This document shows positions 36,805-46,917 of a stretch of DNA of 64,000 nt, piece after piece. The notes beneath the pieces are model-generated. The model ran no database searches. It saw only the letters and a list, made by a program, of their open reading frames with translations, and was not told where the DNA came from. Each line of letters opens with the position of its first letter. Positions within the stretch are counted from its first letter, which is position 1. The stretch is from assembly GCA_001725155.1 (NCBI GenBank), contig MEFP01000017.1:2338-66337 (forward strand). Reading direction: 5' to 3'. A program made the position numbers and the translations under genes. Source of the DNA: Lysobacteraceae bacterium SCN 69-320 (GTDB lineage Bacteria; Pseudomonadota; Gammaproteobacteria; Xanthomonadales; Rhodanobacteraceae).

Positions 36805-38220
36805 ATGACGCAGCTTCCCGCCAGCGTGAACGCCCCCCGGCCTGCCTGGTCGCTGCATCGGCGGCTGGCCCTGGGCCTGGCGCTGAGTATCGGCGGCAGC
36901 TTCGCGCTGCTGTTTCCGCTGCTGGACCGCTGGATAGACCGGGAGATCTACCAGCGCATGGACCTCACCCTGCTGCAGCGCGCGACCGCGGTCGGCCGCG
37001 TGCTGCAGGAAAGCGATCCGCGTCAGCTGCAGCGGCTGATGCCCGAGTACGAGCCCGACGGACATACCGAGTTCTTCACCCTGTTCGACGAAACCGGCGG
37101 CCGGCCGCTGCTGCGCTCGCCGAGCAGCGCCGGCACGGCGCTGCCGCTGGGACCGGCCGGCCAGGGCACGCCGCGCTACTACGATCTCGTGCTGCCCGAC
37201 GGCCATGCAGGCCGTGCGCTGGCCGTGCGCGTGCCTGCGCACGATGACGCCGCCAACGCCAATCTGCTCGTCGTGGCCACCGAGCGCGAAAGCTGGGACC
37301 GCACCGAACGCCACGTGCATCTGGCCCTGCTCGGCGGCATCGCGCTGGCCACGCTGATCGCGACGGGCCTGGCGCTGCTGCTGGTGCAGCGCGTGATCGT
37401 GGCGCTGCGCCGTGCCGGCGCCAAGGCTGCCTCCCTGCATGCGGATACGCCGAGCCAACGCATCGAAGGCGACTTTCCGCGTGAGCTGCAGCCGTTCGCC
37501 GATGCGTTCAACCTCGGCCTGCACCACCTGTACACCGCCATCGAGCGCGAACGGCGCTTTGCGCGCGATGTCGCGCACGAGCTGCGCACGCCGCTGGCGG
37601 AAATCCGCACCAGCGCCGAAAGCGCGCTGGCCGACGCCGACGCCGACGCCGGGCACGCGCAGCGCAGCCTCGCCGCCGCGGTCGCCGCGTGTTCGCGCAT
37701 GCAGCGCAGCGTGGACACCTTGCTGCTGCTGGCACGGCTGGAATCGGGCCAGCACACGCCGGCGCCGGATCCGCTGGACCTGGCCGCGCTGCTGCGCGAG
37801 CTGATTGCAGCGCTGCACGGCCTGCAGACGCAGTACGCCGTGCAGCTGCGCGCCGAGCTGCCGCCGGCGGCCTGGATCCAGAGCGATCTGGGCATCGTCG
37901 AGCGCATTGTTTCCAATCTGCTGCGCAACGCCCTGGAGTATTCGCCGCCGGGCGAAACTGTGGACTGCCGCCTCGATCGCGACGAATCCGGCTGGCTGCT
38001 GTGCATCGTCAACGCGGCGCCGGAACTCGAAGCGGCGGACCTCGAGCATTTCGGACACCGCTTCTGGCGCAAGCACTCCGAGGGCGGCACTGCACATCAT
38101 GCCGGGCTCGGACTGGCGCTGGCCTTCGCGCTGGCCCGCGCCGTGCAGCTGCCGATGCACTTCAGTCTGGACGCAGGTCGCCTGACGGCGCGGCTGGGCC
38201 CCTGGCCCGCGTTGCTGTAG
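36805..38220 (+). CDS. Sensor histidine kinase (QseC/CusS-like)
   Basis: Two TM segments, HAMP, H-box FARDVAHELRTPL, N-box SNLLRNA, GLGLAL; abuts the regulator stop codon. Confidence 0.9.
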   Translation: MTQLPASVNAPRPAWSLHRRLALGLALSIGGSFALLFPLLDRWIDREIYQRMDLTLLQRATAVGRVLQESDPRQLQRLMPEYEPDGHTEFFTLFDETGGRPLLRSPSSAGTALPLGPAGQGTPRYYDLVLPDGHAGRALAVRVPAHDDAANANLLVVATERESWDRTERHVHLALLGGIALATLIATGLALLLVQRVIVALRRAGAKAASLHADTPSQRIEGDFPRELQPFADAFNLGLHHLYTAIERERRFARDVAHELRTPLAEIRTSAESALADADADAGHAQRSLAAAVAACSRMQRSVDTLLLLARLESGQHTPAPDPLDLAALLRELIAALHGLQTQYAVQLRAELPPAAWIQSDLGIVERIVSNLLRNALEYSPPGETVDCRLDRDESGWLLCIVNAAPELEAADLEHFGHRFWRKHSEGGTAHHAGLGLALAFALARAVQLPMHFSLDAGRLTARLGPWPALL

Positions 38221-38364
38221 GACCGATCGCCGCGGACGCGGAGCCGCAGCCGTCATCGGCCGTCGTCCGTCCGCGTCCGCCGCAAATCTGAAACGCAACC
38301 ATCGCCGCATCGCACGGCGGTGCACGGCCCGCAGGCCGGCGACGCGACCGATGCGCCGGCAGCG

Positions 38365-38382
38365 CCAAAGCATTCCCAAAGC
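38365..38382 (+). promoter_or_regulatory. 7-bp direct repeat with 11-bp period (OmpR/PhoB-type box candidate)
   Basis: ccaaagc at 38365 and 38376, in the gap between the kinase and the RND operon. Confidence 0.5.
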
Positions 38383-38510
38383 TTGGCGCGCCAGCATGGC
38401 CATCGGTATTTCCAGCGATCAATGCCCATGCCTGGCTCAATCCTTTCGCGGCGCTGCGCCGCCGCCGGCTTTCCGACTGCCTGCACTCCGCGACCGCGGG
38501 CGCTGCGCGC

Positions 38511-39713
38511 ATGAATGCAGCAGCAGGACGATTCCCGACAGATTCCGCCACGAAAAAGCGCCTCGCCGTCGCTGCGGTCGCCGCGGCGCTGGCCGCCGCG
38601 GGCGCGGGCTGGTGGCTGTACTGGCCGCGCCCGGCGGAGCCCGAGCGGGCCGCCGACGCGATCGCCGTGGACGCAGACGGCAGTCTCTTGCTGACCCGGG
38701 CGCAGCTGCAGGCGCAGGGGCTGGCGACGGCCCCGGCGACGGCGGCCACGACGCTGCCGGTGCCGGGACTGCCGGCGCAGGCGGCGGCGCCGCTGGAGGC
38801 CAGCGTGCAGGTCGCCGCGCCGTATGCCGGCGTGGTCACGCGCATCCTCGTCGACGAAGGCGCGACGGTGCGCAGCGGCCAGCCGCTCGCACGCATCCAG
38901 AGCCGCGAGGTGCTGGCCGCGCAGAGCGAACAGGCACGCGCCCGCGCCGAGGCCGCCGCCGCTGCGCAGCAGGCGCGGCGTGACGCCGCCCTGCTGGCCG
39001 AAGGCATCATCGCCGCCGCGCGCCTGGAGCAGTCGCAGGCGCGTCATGCCGCCGCGCAGAGTGCCCTGCAGCAGGCCACCGGTGCGCTGGCGCCGCTGCG
39101 CGCGGCAGCCGGCGGCCTGGCCGGCGAATACGAGTTGCTGGCACCGATGGCGGGCCAGGTGCTGCGCCGCAACCTGGCGCCCGGCCAGGCGGTCGCCGCA
39201 CTCGACGCCGCCTTCCTGATCGCCGAACCGGGACCGATGGATCTGAATTTCTCCGCGCCGCTGCGCCTGCGTGCGGCGATAGCGCCGGGCGCGCCGGTGC
39301 GGCTGCCGGACGGTGCGACCGCGCGCGTCGTCGCCGTGGGCGCGGACGCCGATCCGTCCAGCCAGAGCCTGCGCGTGCGCGCACGCATCGACGCAGCGGC
39401 GAACGCGCACGGCGCATTGACTGCCGGCCAGCAGTTCAGCGTGAGCCTGCTGCTGCCGGCGCCCGACGGCGCGGTGGCCGTGCCGTCGACAGCGCTGCTG
39501 CCCGCCGGTGACGGCCACGTGCTGTTCGTGGCCGTCGACGAAGCCCGCGGCCTGCGCGTGCGTGCGGTCGCCGTGCAGGTGCTCGGCGGCGACGAAACCG
39601 CCAGCGTGGTCAGCGTCGCCGCAGCACCGCACGGCGCGAGCGTGCTGCAGGACGGCTCGACCGTGGTCACGCGCGGCACCGCGCTGCTCAAGTCCCTGCT
39701 GCCGCTGCGATGA
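38511..39713 (+). CDS. RND efflux periplasmic adaptor (CzcB/CusB-like)
   Basis: N-terminal TM, lipoyl-like halves APYAGVV.RILV.EG..V..GQPL and APMAGQV, alpha hairpin, VAVP..AL. Confidence 0.88.
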   Translation: MNAAAGRFPTDSATKKRLAVAAVAAALAAAGAGWWLYWPRPAEPERAADAIAVDADGSLLLTRAQLQAQGLATAPATAATTLPVPGLPAQAAAPLEASVQVAAPYAGVVTRILVDEGATVRSGQPLARIQSREVLAAQSEQARARAEAAAAAQQARRDAALLAEGIIAAARLEQSQARHAAAQSALQQATGALAPLRAAAGGLAGEYELLAPMAGQVLRRNLAPGQAVAALDAAFLIAEPGPMDLNFSAPLRLRAAIAPGAPVRLPDGATARVVAVGADADPSSQSLRVRARIDAAANAHGALTAGQQFSVSLLLPAPDGAVAVPSTALLPAGDGHVLFVAVDEARGLRVRAVAVQVLGGDETASVVSVAAAPHGASVLQDGSTVVTRGTALLKSLLPLR

Positions 39714-39724
39714 GGTGACGGATC

Positions 39725-42700
39725 ATGCTTTCGCGCCTCGTCGAGTTCTCCCTGCGCCAGCGCGTGCTGGTGCTGCTGTGCGCGCTGGCGCTGGCCGCTG
39801 CGGGCATCGCCGCGTTCCTGCGCCTGCCCATCGACGCTTATCCCGACATCTCGCCGACCCAGGTCAAGCTGATCCTGAAAGCACCAGGCATGACGCCCGA
39901 GGAAGTGGAATCGCGCGTCATCACGCCGCTGGAAATGGAACTGCTCGGCGTACCGCAGGGCGTCATGCTGCGCTCCGTCGCCAAGTACGCGATCGCCGAC
40001 ATCACGCTCGACTTCGCCGAAGGCAGCGACATCTACTGGGCGCGCCAGCAGGTGGCCGAGCGCTACGCCGCCGTCGCCGGCAACCTGCCGCAAGGCGTCG
40101 ACGGCGGACTTGCGCCGATCTCCACGCCGCTGTCGGACGTGTTCATGTTCACGATCGAAGGCGGCGGCCTGAGCCTGGCCGAGCGCCGCAGCCTGCTCGA
40201 CTGGACCCTGCGCCCGGCGCTGCGCACCCTGCCCGGCGTGGCCGACATCAACGTGCTCGGCGGCCAGGCCAGGAGCTTCGCCGTGGTGCCCGACCGCGCG
40301 CGACTGGCGGCCGCCGGCCTGCAGTTCAGCGACGTCGTCGACGCGATCACCCGCAACAACCGCAACGACGGCGCGGGCCGGCTGGAAACCGGCGAGAACA
40401 CGTTGATCGTGCGCACCGAAGGTGCGATCCGCGGCATCGACGATCTGCGCAGCGTGATACTGCGCGGCGCATCGCCGCCGGTGCGCCTCGGCGACGTGGC
40501 GGAGGTGCGTATCGAAGGGCTGACGCGCTACGGCGCCGTGAGCCGCGACGGCCAGGGCGAAGCGGTGCAGGGCATCGTCGTCGCGCTGCGCGGAGCCGAC
40601 GCCTCCACCCTGGTCGAGGCGATCCGCAAGCGCCTGGCCGAACTCGCGCCCAGCCTGCCGCCCGGCGTGCAGGTCGTGCCGTTCTACGACCGCAGCACCC
40701 TGATCGCGCGCGCGGTCGGCACGGTGGAAAGCGCGCTGGTCGAGGCGACGGTGCTCGTCATCGTGCTGTTGCTGCTGTTTCTCGGCGGGCTGCGTGCGGC
40801 GCTGGTCGTCGCGCTGATGGTGCCGCTGGCCGCGCTGGGCACCTTCCTGCTGATGCGCCTGGCCGGCATGAGCGCCAACCTCATGAGCCTCGGCGGCCTG
40901 GCCATCGCGATCGGCATGCTCGTGGACGCCGCCGTAGTCGTGGTGGAAAACGCCGTCAGCCGGCTCGATCCGCACGCACCCGGCGCACACCTGCCGCGCC
41001 TGCACCGCGTGTTCGCCGCGGCGCGCGAAGTGGCCATGCCGGTAGCCTCGGGCATTCTGATCATCTGCCTGACCTTCATGCCGCTGCTGACCCTGCAGGG
41101 TCTGGAAGGCAAGCTGTTCGCGCCGGTGGCGCTGACCATCGTGTTCGCGCTCGGCGTGTCGCTGCTGCTGTCGCTGACCCTCGTGCCGGTGCTGTCCTCG
41201 CTGCTGCTGCAGGAACACGCCCATGCCGAGCCCTGGGTCATGCGCCACGCGCAGCGCCTGTATCGGCCGCTGCTGGAGCGCGCGCTGGAGCGCCCGCGGC
41301 AGGCTGCGGCGGTGGCCGTCGCGGCGCTGCTCGTCGGCGTGGTCGCCTATCTCGGCACCGGCAAGGCGTTCCTGCCGACGATGGATGAAGGCGACATCCT
41401 GCTGCAACTGCAGAAGCCGGCCTCGATCGGCCTGCAACGCTCGCTGGAAATCGACCTGGCCGTGCAGCAGGCCGTGGCCGCGGCGGTGCCGGAAGTGCAG
41501 CACAGCATCGCGCGCGTGGGCTCCGACGAACTGGGCCTGGATCCCATGGGCCTGAACGAGACCGACATGTTCATGCAGCTCGCGCCGCGCGCGCACTGGC
41601 GCAGGCCCGACAAGGAATGGCTCAGCGGCGAGATCCGCAGCGCCATGGCCGCGTTTCCGGGCGTGGAGTTCGGCTTTACCCAGCCCATCGAGATGCGCGT
41701 CGCCGAGATGCTGACCGGCAGCCGCGGCGACGTCGCGCTGAAGCTGTTCGGGCCCGATCTGCACACGCTGGGCGAACTGGCCCAGCGCATTGCCGCGCGC
41801 ATCGAGAAAGTGCCCGGCGCGCGCGACGTGCTGACCCAGGCCAGCGACAGTGTCGAATATCTGCAGGTCGCCGTGGACGCGAAGGCCGCCGGCCGCGCCG
41901 GTCTGGCCGTGACCGACGTGCAGGACGAACTGCGCGCCCAGCTCGAAGGCGTGCAGGCCGGTCTGGTGATCGAGCCGGACCGGCGCACGCCGATACTCGT
42001 GCGCGGTGACGCGCAGGTGCGCGGCTCGGCGGCGCGCTTCGCCGACCTGCACCTGGCCCGCGGCGACGAAGGCCAGATACCGCTGAGCGCCGTGGCGCAG
42101 GTCAGCAGCACCGAAGGGCCGGTGCTCGTGCGCCGGGAAAACGGATCGCGCTTCGCGCTGATCCAGTCCGGCGTCAGCGGACGCGATCTGGTCGGTTTCG
42201 TCGATGAGGCACGCGCCGCCGTAACCCGCGACGTGCCGTTGCCGCCGGGCTACCGGCTGGAGTGGGGCGGCCAGTTCGAGAACCAGCAGCGCGCCGCCGC
42301 ACGCCTGGGCCTGGTCGTGCCGGTCGCGCTCGGGCTGATCTTCTTCGTGCTGTTCATGACCTTCGGCTCGCTGCGCCAGGCCCTGCTGATTCTCGGCAAC
42401 GTGCCGTTCGCTCTGGTCGGCGGCATTGCCGCACTGTGGTTGTCGGGGCAGTACCTGTCGGTGCCGGCGTCGGTCGGCTTCATCGCCCTGCTCGGCATCG
42501 CAGTGCTCAACGGCCTGGTGCTGGTGACCTATTTCAATCAGCTGCACGCGCTGGGCCTGCCGATGGAGCAGGTCGTGCGCGAAGGTGCCTGGCGGCGGCT
42601 GCGCCCGGTGCTGATGACCGCGACGATCACTGCCTTCGGCCTGGTGCCGCTGCTGCTGGCCAGCGGCCCGGGCTCGGAAATCCAGCGACCGCTGGCCATC

Positions 42701-42817
42701 GTCGTGATCGGCGGACTGGCCAGCTCCACCGCGCTGACCTTGCTGCTGCTGCCGCTGCTGTACCGGCGCTTCGGCCAGCCCGCGTCGGCCACGCCTGCGC
42801 CGAGGAGCGCCGCATGA
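39725..42817 (+). CDS. CusA/CzcA family heavy-metal efflux RND permease
   Basis: LPIDAYPDIS, ANLMSLGGLAIAIGMLVDAAVVVVEN, LEGKLFAP, RLRPVLMTA, GSEIQRPLAIVVIGGL. Confidence 0.92.
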   Translation: MLSRLVEFSLRQRVLVLLCALALAAAGIAAFLRLPIDAYPDISPTQVKLILKAPGMTPEEVESRVITPLEMELLGVPQGVMLRSVAKYAIADITLDFAEGSDIYWARQQVAERYAAVAGNLPQGVDGGLAPISTPLSDVFMFTIEGGGLSLAERRSLLDWTLRPALRTLPGVADINVLGGQARSFAVVPDRARLAAAGLQFSDVVDAITRNNRNDGAGRLETGENTLIVRTEGAIRGIDDLRSVILRGASPPVRLGDVAEVRIEGLTRYGAVSRDGQGEAVQGIVVALRGADASTLVEAIRKRLAELAPSLPPGVQVVPFYDRSTLIARAVGTVESALVEATVLVIVLLLLFLGGLRAALVVALMVPLAALGTFLLMRLAGMSANLMSLGGLAIAIGMLVDAAVVVVENAVSRLDPHAPGAHLPRLHRVFAAAREVAMPVASGILIICLTFMPLLTLQGLEGKLFAPVALTIVFALGVSLLLSLTLVPVLSSLLLQEHAHAEPWVMRHAQRLYRPLLERALERPRQAAAVAVAALLVGVVAYLGTGKAFLPTMDEGDILLQLQKPASIGLQRSLEIDLAVQQAVAAAVPEVQHSIARVGSDELGLDPMGLNETDMFMQLAPRAHWRRPDKEWLSGEIRSAMAAFPGVEFGFTQPIEMRVAEMLTGSRGDVALKLFGPDLHTLGELAQRIAARIEKVPGARDVLTQASDSVEYLQVAVDAKAAGRAGLAVTDVQDELRAQLEGVQAGLVIEPDRRTPILVRGDAQVRGSAARFADLHLARGDEGQIPLSAVAQVSSTEGPVLVRRENGSRFALIQSGVSGRDLVGFVDEARAAVTRDVPLPPGYRLEWGGQFENQQRAAARLGLVVPVALGLIFFVLFMTFGSLRQALLILGNVPFALVGGIAALWLSGQYLSVPASVGFIALLGIAVLNGLVLVTYFNQLHALGLPMEQVVREGAWRRLRPVLMTATITAFGLVPLLLASGPGSEIQRPLAIVVIGGLASSTALTLLLLPLLYRRFGQPASATPAPRSAA

Positions 42818-43146
42818 CTGCCTGGCCCGAAACGCATGCGCCTGACCGGCAGGTACGCCTGAATCTGGTGTTTCCGCCGAATCTCGAAGACGCCGTGACC
42901 GAAGCCCTGCTCGAAGACCCCGCCCTGCCGGGCTTCACCCTGCTGCACGCCGAAGGCCACAGCAGCGATTTCGCCAAGGCCTCGGCGCGCGAACAGGTGC
43001 GCGGCCGCGTGGACCGGCGCGTGTTGTGGATCGTGATCCATCACGAGCGCCTGGACAGCGTGCTCGGCGCATTGCGGCGGCGTATCGCCGGCGGCGATCT
43101 GCGCTGGTGGGTCGAGCCGGTACTGGCCGTCGGGAGGTTCGCATGA
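42814..43146 (+). CDS. DUF3240 family protein (P-II-like small protein)
   Basis: LNLVFPP.LEDAV.EALL, GFTL....GH, REQVRGR, WWVEPV; ATGA overlaps on both sides. Confidence 0.82.
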   Translation: MTAWPETHAPDRQVRLNLVFPPNLEDAVTEALLEDPALPGFTLLHAEGHSSDFAKASAREQVRGRVDRRVLWIVIHHERLDSVLGALRRRIAGGDLRWWVEPVLAVGRFA

Positions 43147-44435
43147 ACCCTGTTCTTCGCCCATTGCGCCATGCGGCACGGATCGCGCTGGCTGCCGTGA
43201 CGATGCTGCCGGCGGCCGCGGTCGGACAGGCCTTCCTGCCGGCCGACGCAGACGTCGCCGCGGCGATTCGCGACCAGGCCGAAGTGCGCGCGGCCGCGGC
43301 GCGTGTCGATGCCGCCGGCGCCTCGCGGCGCGCGCTCGCCGTCGGCGGCCACGAATTCGAGGCCAGCGTCGGCACGCAGCGCCGCCGCGCGATCGAAGAA
43401 GGCCGCGACTTCGCCGAATGGGATCTGCAGATCAGCCGCGCCGTGCGCCTGCCCGGCAAGGCCGCGCTGGACCGGCAGATCGGCGACAGCCTGCTCGGCG
43501 TGGCCGACCTGCGCCGCACCGACGCCGAGCACCAGGCCGCGCGGCGTCTGCTCGACCTGTGGATGGGCTGGCTGCGCAGCGCGGCCACGGCCGGGGAAAC
43601 CGCCGCGCAGGCCGCCCTGCTGCAGCGGGAAAGAGATGCGCTCGCGCGCCGCGTGGCTGCCGGCGACGCGGCGCAGCGCGAACTGGATCTGCTCGATGCC
43701 GAACAGGCGCTGCTGGCCGTGCAGGTCGTCGCCACGCGCGATGCGGCCGCGGCGGCGCGGCAGACGCTGGCCATCGAGTTCCCGCGCATCGTCGTACCCA
43801 TGCAGCCGCCGGCGCTGCCCGACCCGCAGCCGCTGCCCGGCGGATCGCCGGCCTGGCGCGAACGCATCATCCGCGAGAGCGCCGAGATCGAACTCGCCAC
43901 GGGCGAATCGCAGCGTCTGTCGCTGCAGGCCGCCCGCGCGCGTGCCGAGCGCAGGCCCGACCCCAGCGTCGGCCTGCGTCTGCTGTCCGAACGCGGCGGC
44001 GCCGAGCGCACGGTCGGCCTCGTCCTGTCCGTGCCGCTGGGCGGCGGCTACCGCAGCGCGCGCGCCGACGCCGAGACCGCGAACGCCGCGGCCGCGGAAG
44101 CCGAGGCCGCCGGCGTGCGCCGCCTCGTGGAACAGGCCGCCTGGCTGACCGTGCAGGCCGCCGACAGCCGGCGCGAACAATGGCTGTCGCAACAGCGTTC
44201 GCTCGCCGCGCAGGAGACGGCCGGCAGGCGTTTGCGCCGCGCGTGGGAGCTCGGCGAAACGCCGCTCGGCGACTATCTGCTGGCTCAGCGCAACCTGCGC
44301 CAGGCCCGCCTGGCCGAGGCGCTGGCGCGCGTGGATGCACTGCAGGCGGCACTGCTCGTGCGCGTGGACGCGCATGAGCTCTGGCACGCAGACACCCACG
44401 GCGCCGACGGCGGCCCTGCGACGCCGGCGCCCTGA
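43143..44435 (+). CDS. TolC/CzcC family outer-membrane efflux protein
   Basis: Signal peptide, long amphipathic helices, RLPGK, LSVPLGG, AWELGE..L.DYL; terminal gene of the RND operon. Confidence 0.85.
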   Translation: MNPVLRPLRHAARIALAAVTMLPAAAVGQAFLPADADVAAAIRDQAEVRAAAARVDAAGASRRALAVGGHEFEASVGTQRRRAIEEGRDFAEWDLQISRAVRLPGKAALDRQIGDSLLGVADLRRTDAEHQAARRLLDLWMGWLRSAATAGETAAQAALLQRERDALARRVAAGDAAQRELDLLDAEQALLAVQVVATRDAAAAARQTLAIEFPRIVVPMQPPALPDPQPLPGGSPAWRERIIRESAEIELATGESQRLSLQAARARAERRPDPSVGLRLLSERGGAERTVGLVLSVPLGGGYRSARADAETANAAAAEAEAAGVRRLVEQAAWLTVQAADSRREQWLSQQRSLAAQETAGRRLRRAWELGETPLGDYLLAQRNLRQARLAEALARVDALQAALLVRVDAHELWHADTHGADGGPATPAP

Positions 44436-44507
44436 GCGGCGTGCGCCCACGCGGCAGTCCGTGATTCACGACCGGCCGGCGTCAGGCCCGGCGTCCGGCC
44501 GTCCGGC

Positions 44508-45299
44508 TCAGGCAAACACGACCATGCTCTGCCGGCTCAATGCGACCGGCCGGCCGTCGGGCGCGACGATCCAGGTCGACTGGCTGGTATAGCCGTCGCG
44601 CGCGGCGACGAGGTCGGCATCGACGCGCCAGCCGGCGGCCGGCTGGCTCCGGTAGTCGTCGTCGAGGATTTCCAGCATCCAGGTCAGCGAGCTGCCGGGC
44701 ACCACCGTGTCCATCCACGACAGCGCGACCGGCGGCACGAAGTCGGCCATCGCGAGCAGATGCCATTCGCTGGTCGCCGCCGGTTCGCGCAGGCCGACCT
44801 CGAAACGATTCGCGAGCACCGGCCTGCCGGTGAACGGCAGCGCGCCGTCGTGCAGGCTCACGCGGAAATGCTGCATGAAATTCGGTGTCACGCCGGGCAG
44901 GAACGGCAGCGGCGTCGCGGCGGCTGCGGTCTCGGCGGCGGCCAGCACCGGCTCGCGCGACACGCGCGATTCGCGTCCGCTGCCGAACACGCCGATCGCG
45001 AGCGCGAGCAGTTCGCCGTGCTCGTCTTCGAGCCGCGCCTGCACGTGTACGGCGCTCTTGCCGCTGCGCAGCAGCTGCGCGACCGCCCGGACTTCGCCGG
45101 CCGGCACCGGCGCGATGAAGGTCATCTGCAGGGTGCGCAGCGGCAGTCCGGCCGGCACCTGACTGCGCATCGCGGCGACGGCGACCGCGGCCTGCAGTCC
45201 GCCGAACAGACTGCGCCCCTGCAGCCAGTCGTCGCCGACGGTCAGCTGCAGACGCGGGCCGTCGTGCATCGCGGAACGGATCAGTTCGGACAGGACCAT
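44508..45299 (-). CDS. TesB-like double hot-dog acyl-CoA thioesterase family protein
   Basis: WLQGRSLFGG, RTLQMTFIAP, LLRSGKS, LAMAD, SSLTWML, G..VALSRQ. Confidence 0.82.
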   Translation of the reverse strand: MVLSELIRSAMHDGPRLQLTVGDDWLQGRSLFGGLQAAVAVAAMRSQVPAGLPLRTLQMTFIAPVPAGEVRAVAQLLRSGKSAVHVQARLEDEHGELLALAIGVFGSGRESRVSREPVLAAAETAAAATPLPFLPGVTPNFMQHFRVSLHDGALPFTGRPVLANRFEVGLREPAATSEWHLLAMADFVPPVALSWMDTVVPGSSLTWMLEILDDDYRSQPAAGWRVDADLVAARDGYTSQSTWIVAPDGRPVALSRQSMVVFA

Positions 45300-45505
45300 G
45301 GGCGTTTTCCGCGACGAATGACCGGCTAGCCTACTGCATGCGCCACGCCGCCACCGGTGCAGGATTCGCCAAGGCCCCGGCCGTCCGGCGCATCCGACCA
45401 TTGGCGCCGTTCGCTTCGCGCTTCGCCACCGGTTTCACGGTATGCGGCGTTGCGGCCGATGCAGCCTGCGCCGCCTGCCGACTGCCCGATACCGCGGAGC
45501 CTTCC

Positions 45506-46846
45506 ATGTCACGCACTTTCCTGCTGCCGCTCATGCTGCTGGCCGCTACAGCCAACGCCGCGACCTATCAGGTCGGACCCACGCGCACCTATGCCAGCCT
45601 GAACCAGCTGTTCGCCGCGCAGGATCTCGGCGGCGGCGATGTCGTCGAAGTCGACGGCAACGTGACCTATGCCGGCGGCGTCGTGGTGCCGTCCGGCGAC
45701 GGCGGCAGTCCCGGCAACCCGGTCGTGATCCGCGGCATCCGCGTCAACGGCCAGCGCCCGCACATCGCCGGCGGCACGAACACGGTGGAGTTCCGCCAGT
45801 CCAATTACCTCGTGTTCGAGGGCTTCGAGGTCAGCGGCGGCAGCGCGCGCTGCATCCTGCAGGGCGCCCACGAAGTGACCGTGCGCGACAGCGTGATCCA
45901 CGCCTGCCCGGCTCACGGCATCCTCAGCACCGATCAGCTGTCGGGTTCGTTCACCCTGGAATATTCCGAGATCTACGACGCCGGCGCCGGCACCTCGCAG
46001 CATCCCCTGTACATCCAGAGCGACGAGATCGCCTGGCCCGGCTCGGTGTTCCGCATGCGCTACAACTACGTGCACGACGGCACCGGCGGCAACCTGCTGA
46101 AGTGCCGCCACGAACGCGCCGAGATCCACTACAACTGGTTCCAGGGCGCGGCCTATCACGAGCTGGAACTCATAGGCCCGGACGAGAACACGCAGCAGGC
46201 CGGCTGGAGCCGCGACCTCGTGCGCGAGGACCAGGACGTCGTCGGCAACGTCATCGTGCACAGCAATCCGGCTTTCGGCGCCGTCATCCGCATCGGCGGC
46301 GACGGCACCGGCGTCAGCAAGGGCCGCGCGCGTTTCGTCAACAACACCTTCCTGCTGACCTCGGGCACGGACACGACGGTGTTCCGCATCTTCCAGGAAA
46401 TGCAGTCGGTGGAGATGCACAACAATGTCATCGACGCGACTGCCGGCGGCGTGCCGCGCATCATCCGTGCGGTCGCCGGCGAGCTGGCCTGGACCGACGG
46501 CCGCCAGATCCGCGGCAGCAACAACTGGATAGAAAGCACGGCGACGTTCGTGCCGGATGCGAGCGAGTGGAGCGCTACCCTGAGCGGCACGAATCCCGGT
46601 TTCGTCGACGCCGCCGGCTACGACCTGCGCCCGGCCGCCGCCAGCGTGCTGCGCGATGCCGGCAACGGCGCTCCGGCCGGTGCGCCGGGCTTCGGTTTCC
46701 CGACTCCGCTGTTTCCGCCGGCTGTCCAGCCGCAGCGCGCGGCGACCGCGCCCGGCGCCGCGCTCGCACGTCCCGTCGACGCCGCGATCGACATCGGTGC
46801 GTTCGAGCGCGCCGGCGATGTCATTTTCGCGAACGGGTTTCAGTGA
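45506..46846 (+). CDS. Secreted right-handed parallel beta-helix protein with choice-of-anchor-Q-like end and C-terminal DVIFANGFQ tag
   Basis: Signal peptide ANA|ATYQVGP; Asn-ladder repeats (RYNYVHDG, HYNWF, VGNVI, VNNTF, HNNVI); PGFVD...YDLRP...S.L.DAG and IDIGAFE. Start moved to ATG 45506. Confidence 0.82.
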   Translation: MSRTFLLPLMLLAATANAATYQVGPTRTYASLNQLFAAQDLGGGDVVEVDGNVTYAGGVVVPSGDGGSPGNPVVIRGIRVNGQRPHIAGGTNTVEFRQSNYLVFEGFEVSGGSARCILQGAHEVTVRDSVIHACPAHGILSTDQLSGSFTLEYSEIYDAGAGTSQHPLYIQSDEIAWPGSVFRMRYNYVHDGTGGNLLKCRHERAEIHYNWFQGAAYHELELIGPDENTQQAGWSRDLVREDQDVVGNVIVHSNPAFGAVIRIGGDGTGVSKGRARFVNNTFLLTSGTDTTVFRIFQEMQSVEMHNNVIDATAGGVPRIIRAVAGELAWTDGRQIRGSNNWIESTATFVPDASEWSATLSGTNPGFVDAAGYDLRPAAASVLRDAGNGAPAGAPGFGFPTPLFPPAVQPQRAATAPGAALARPVDAAIDIGAFERAGDVIFANGFQ

Positions 46847-46917
46847 GGGCGTGATCGGACACTTCCGATCCCGGGGCGACGGGCGCGCCGGAGGGCGCGT
46901 CGCAACGTCCGGAATGC

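Noticed and set aside
39044-42547. 1167-aa minus-strand ORF
   Set aside because: Antisense shadow of the RND genes
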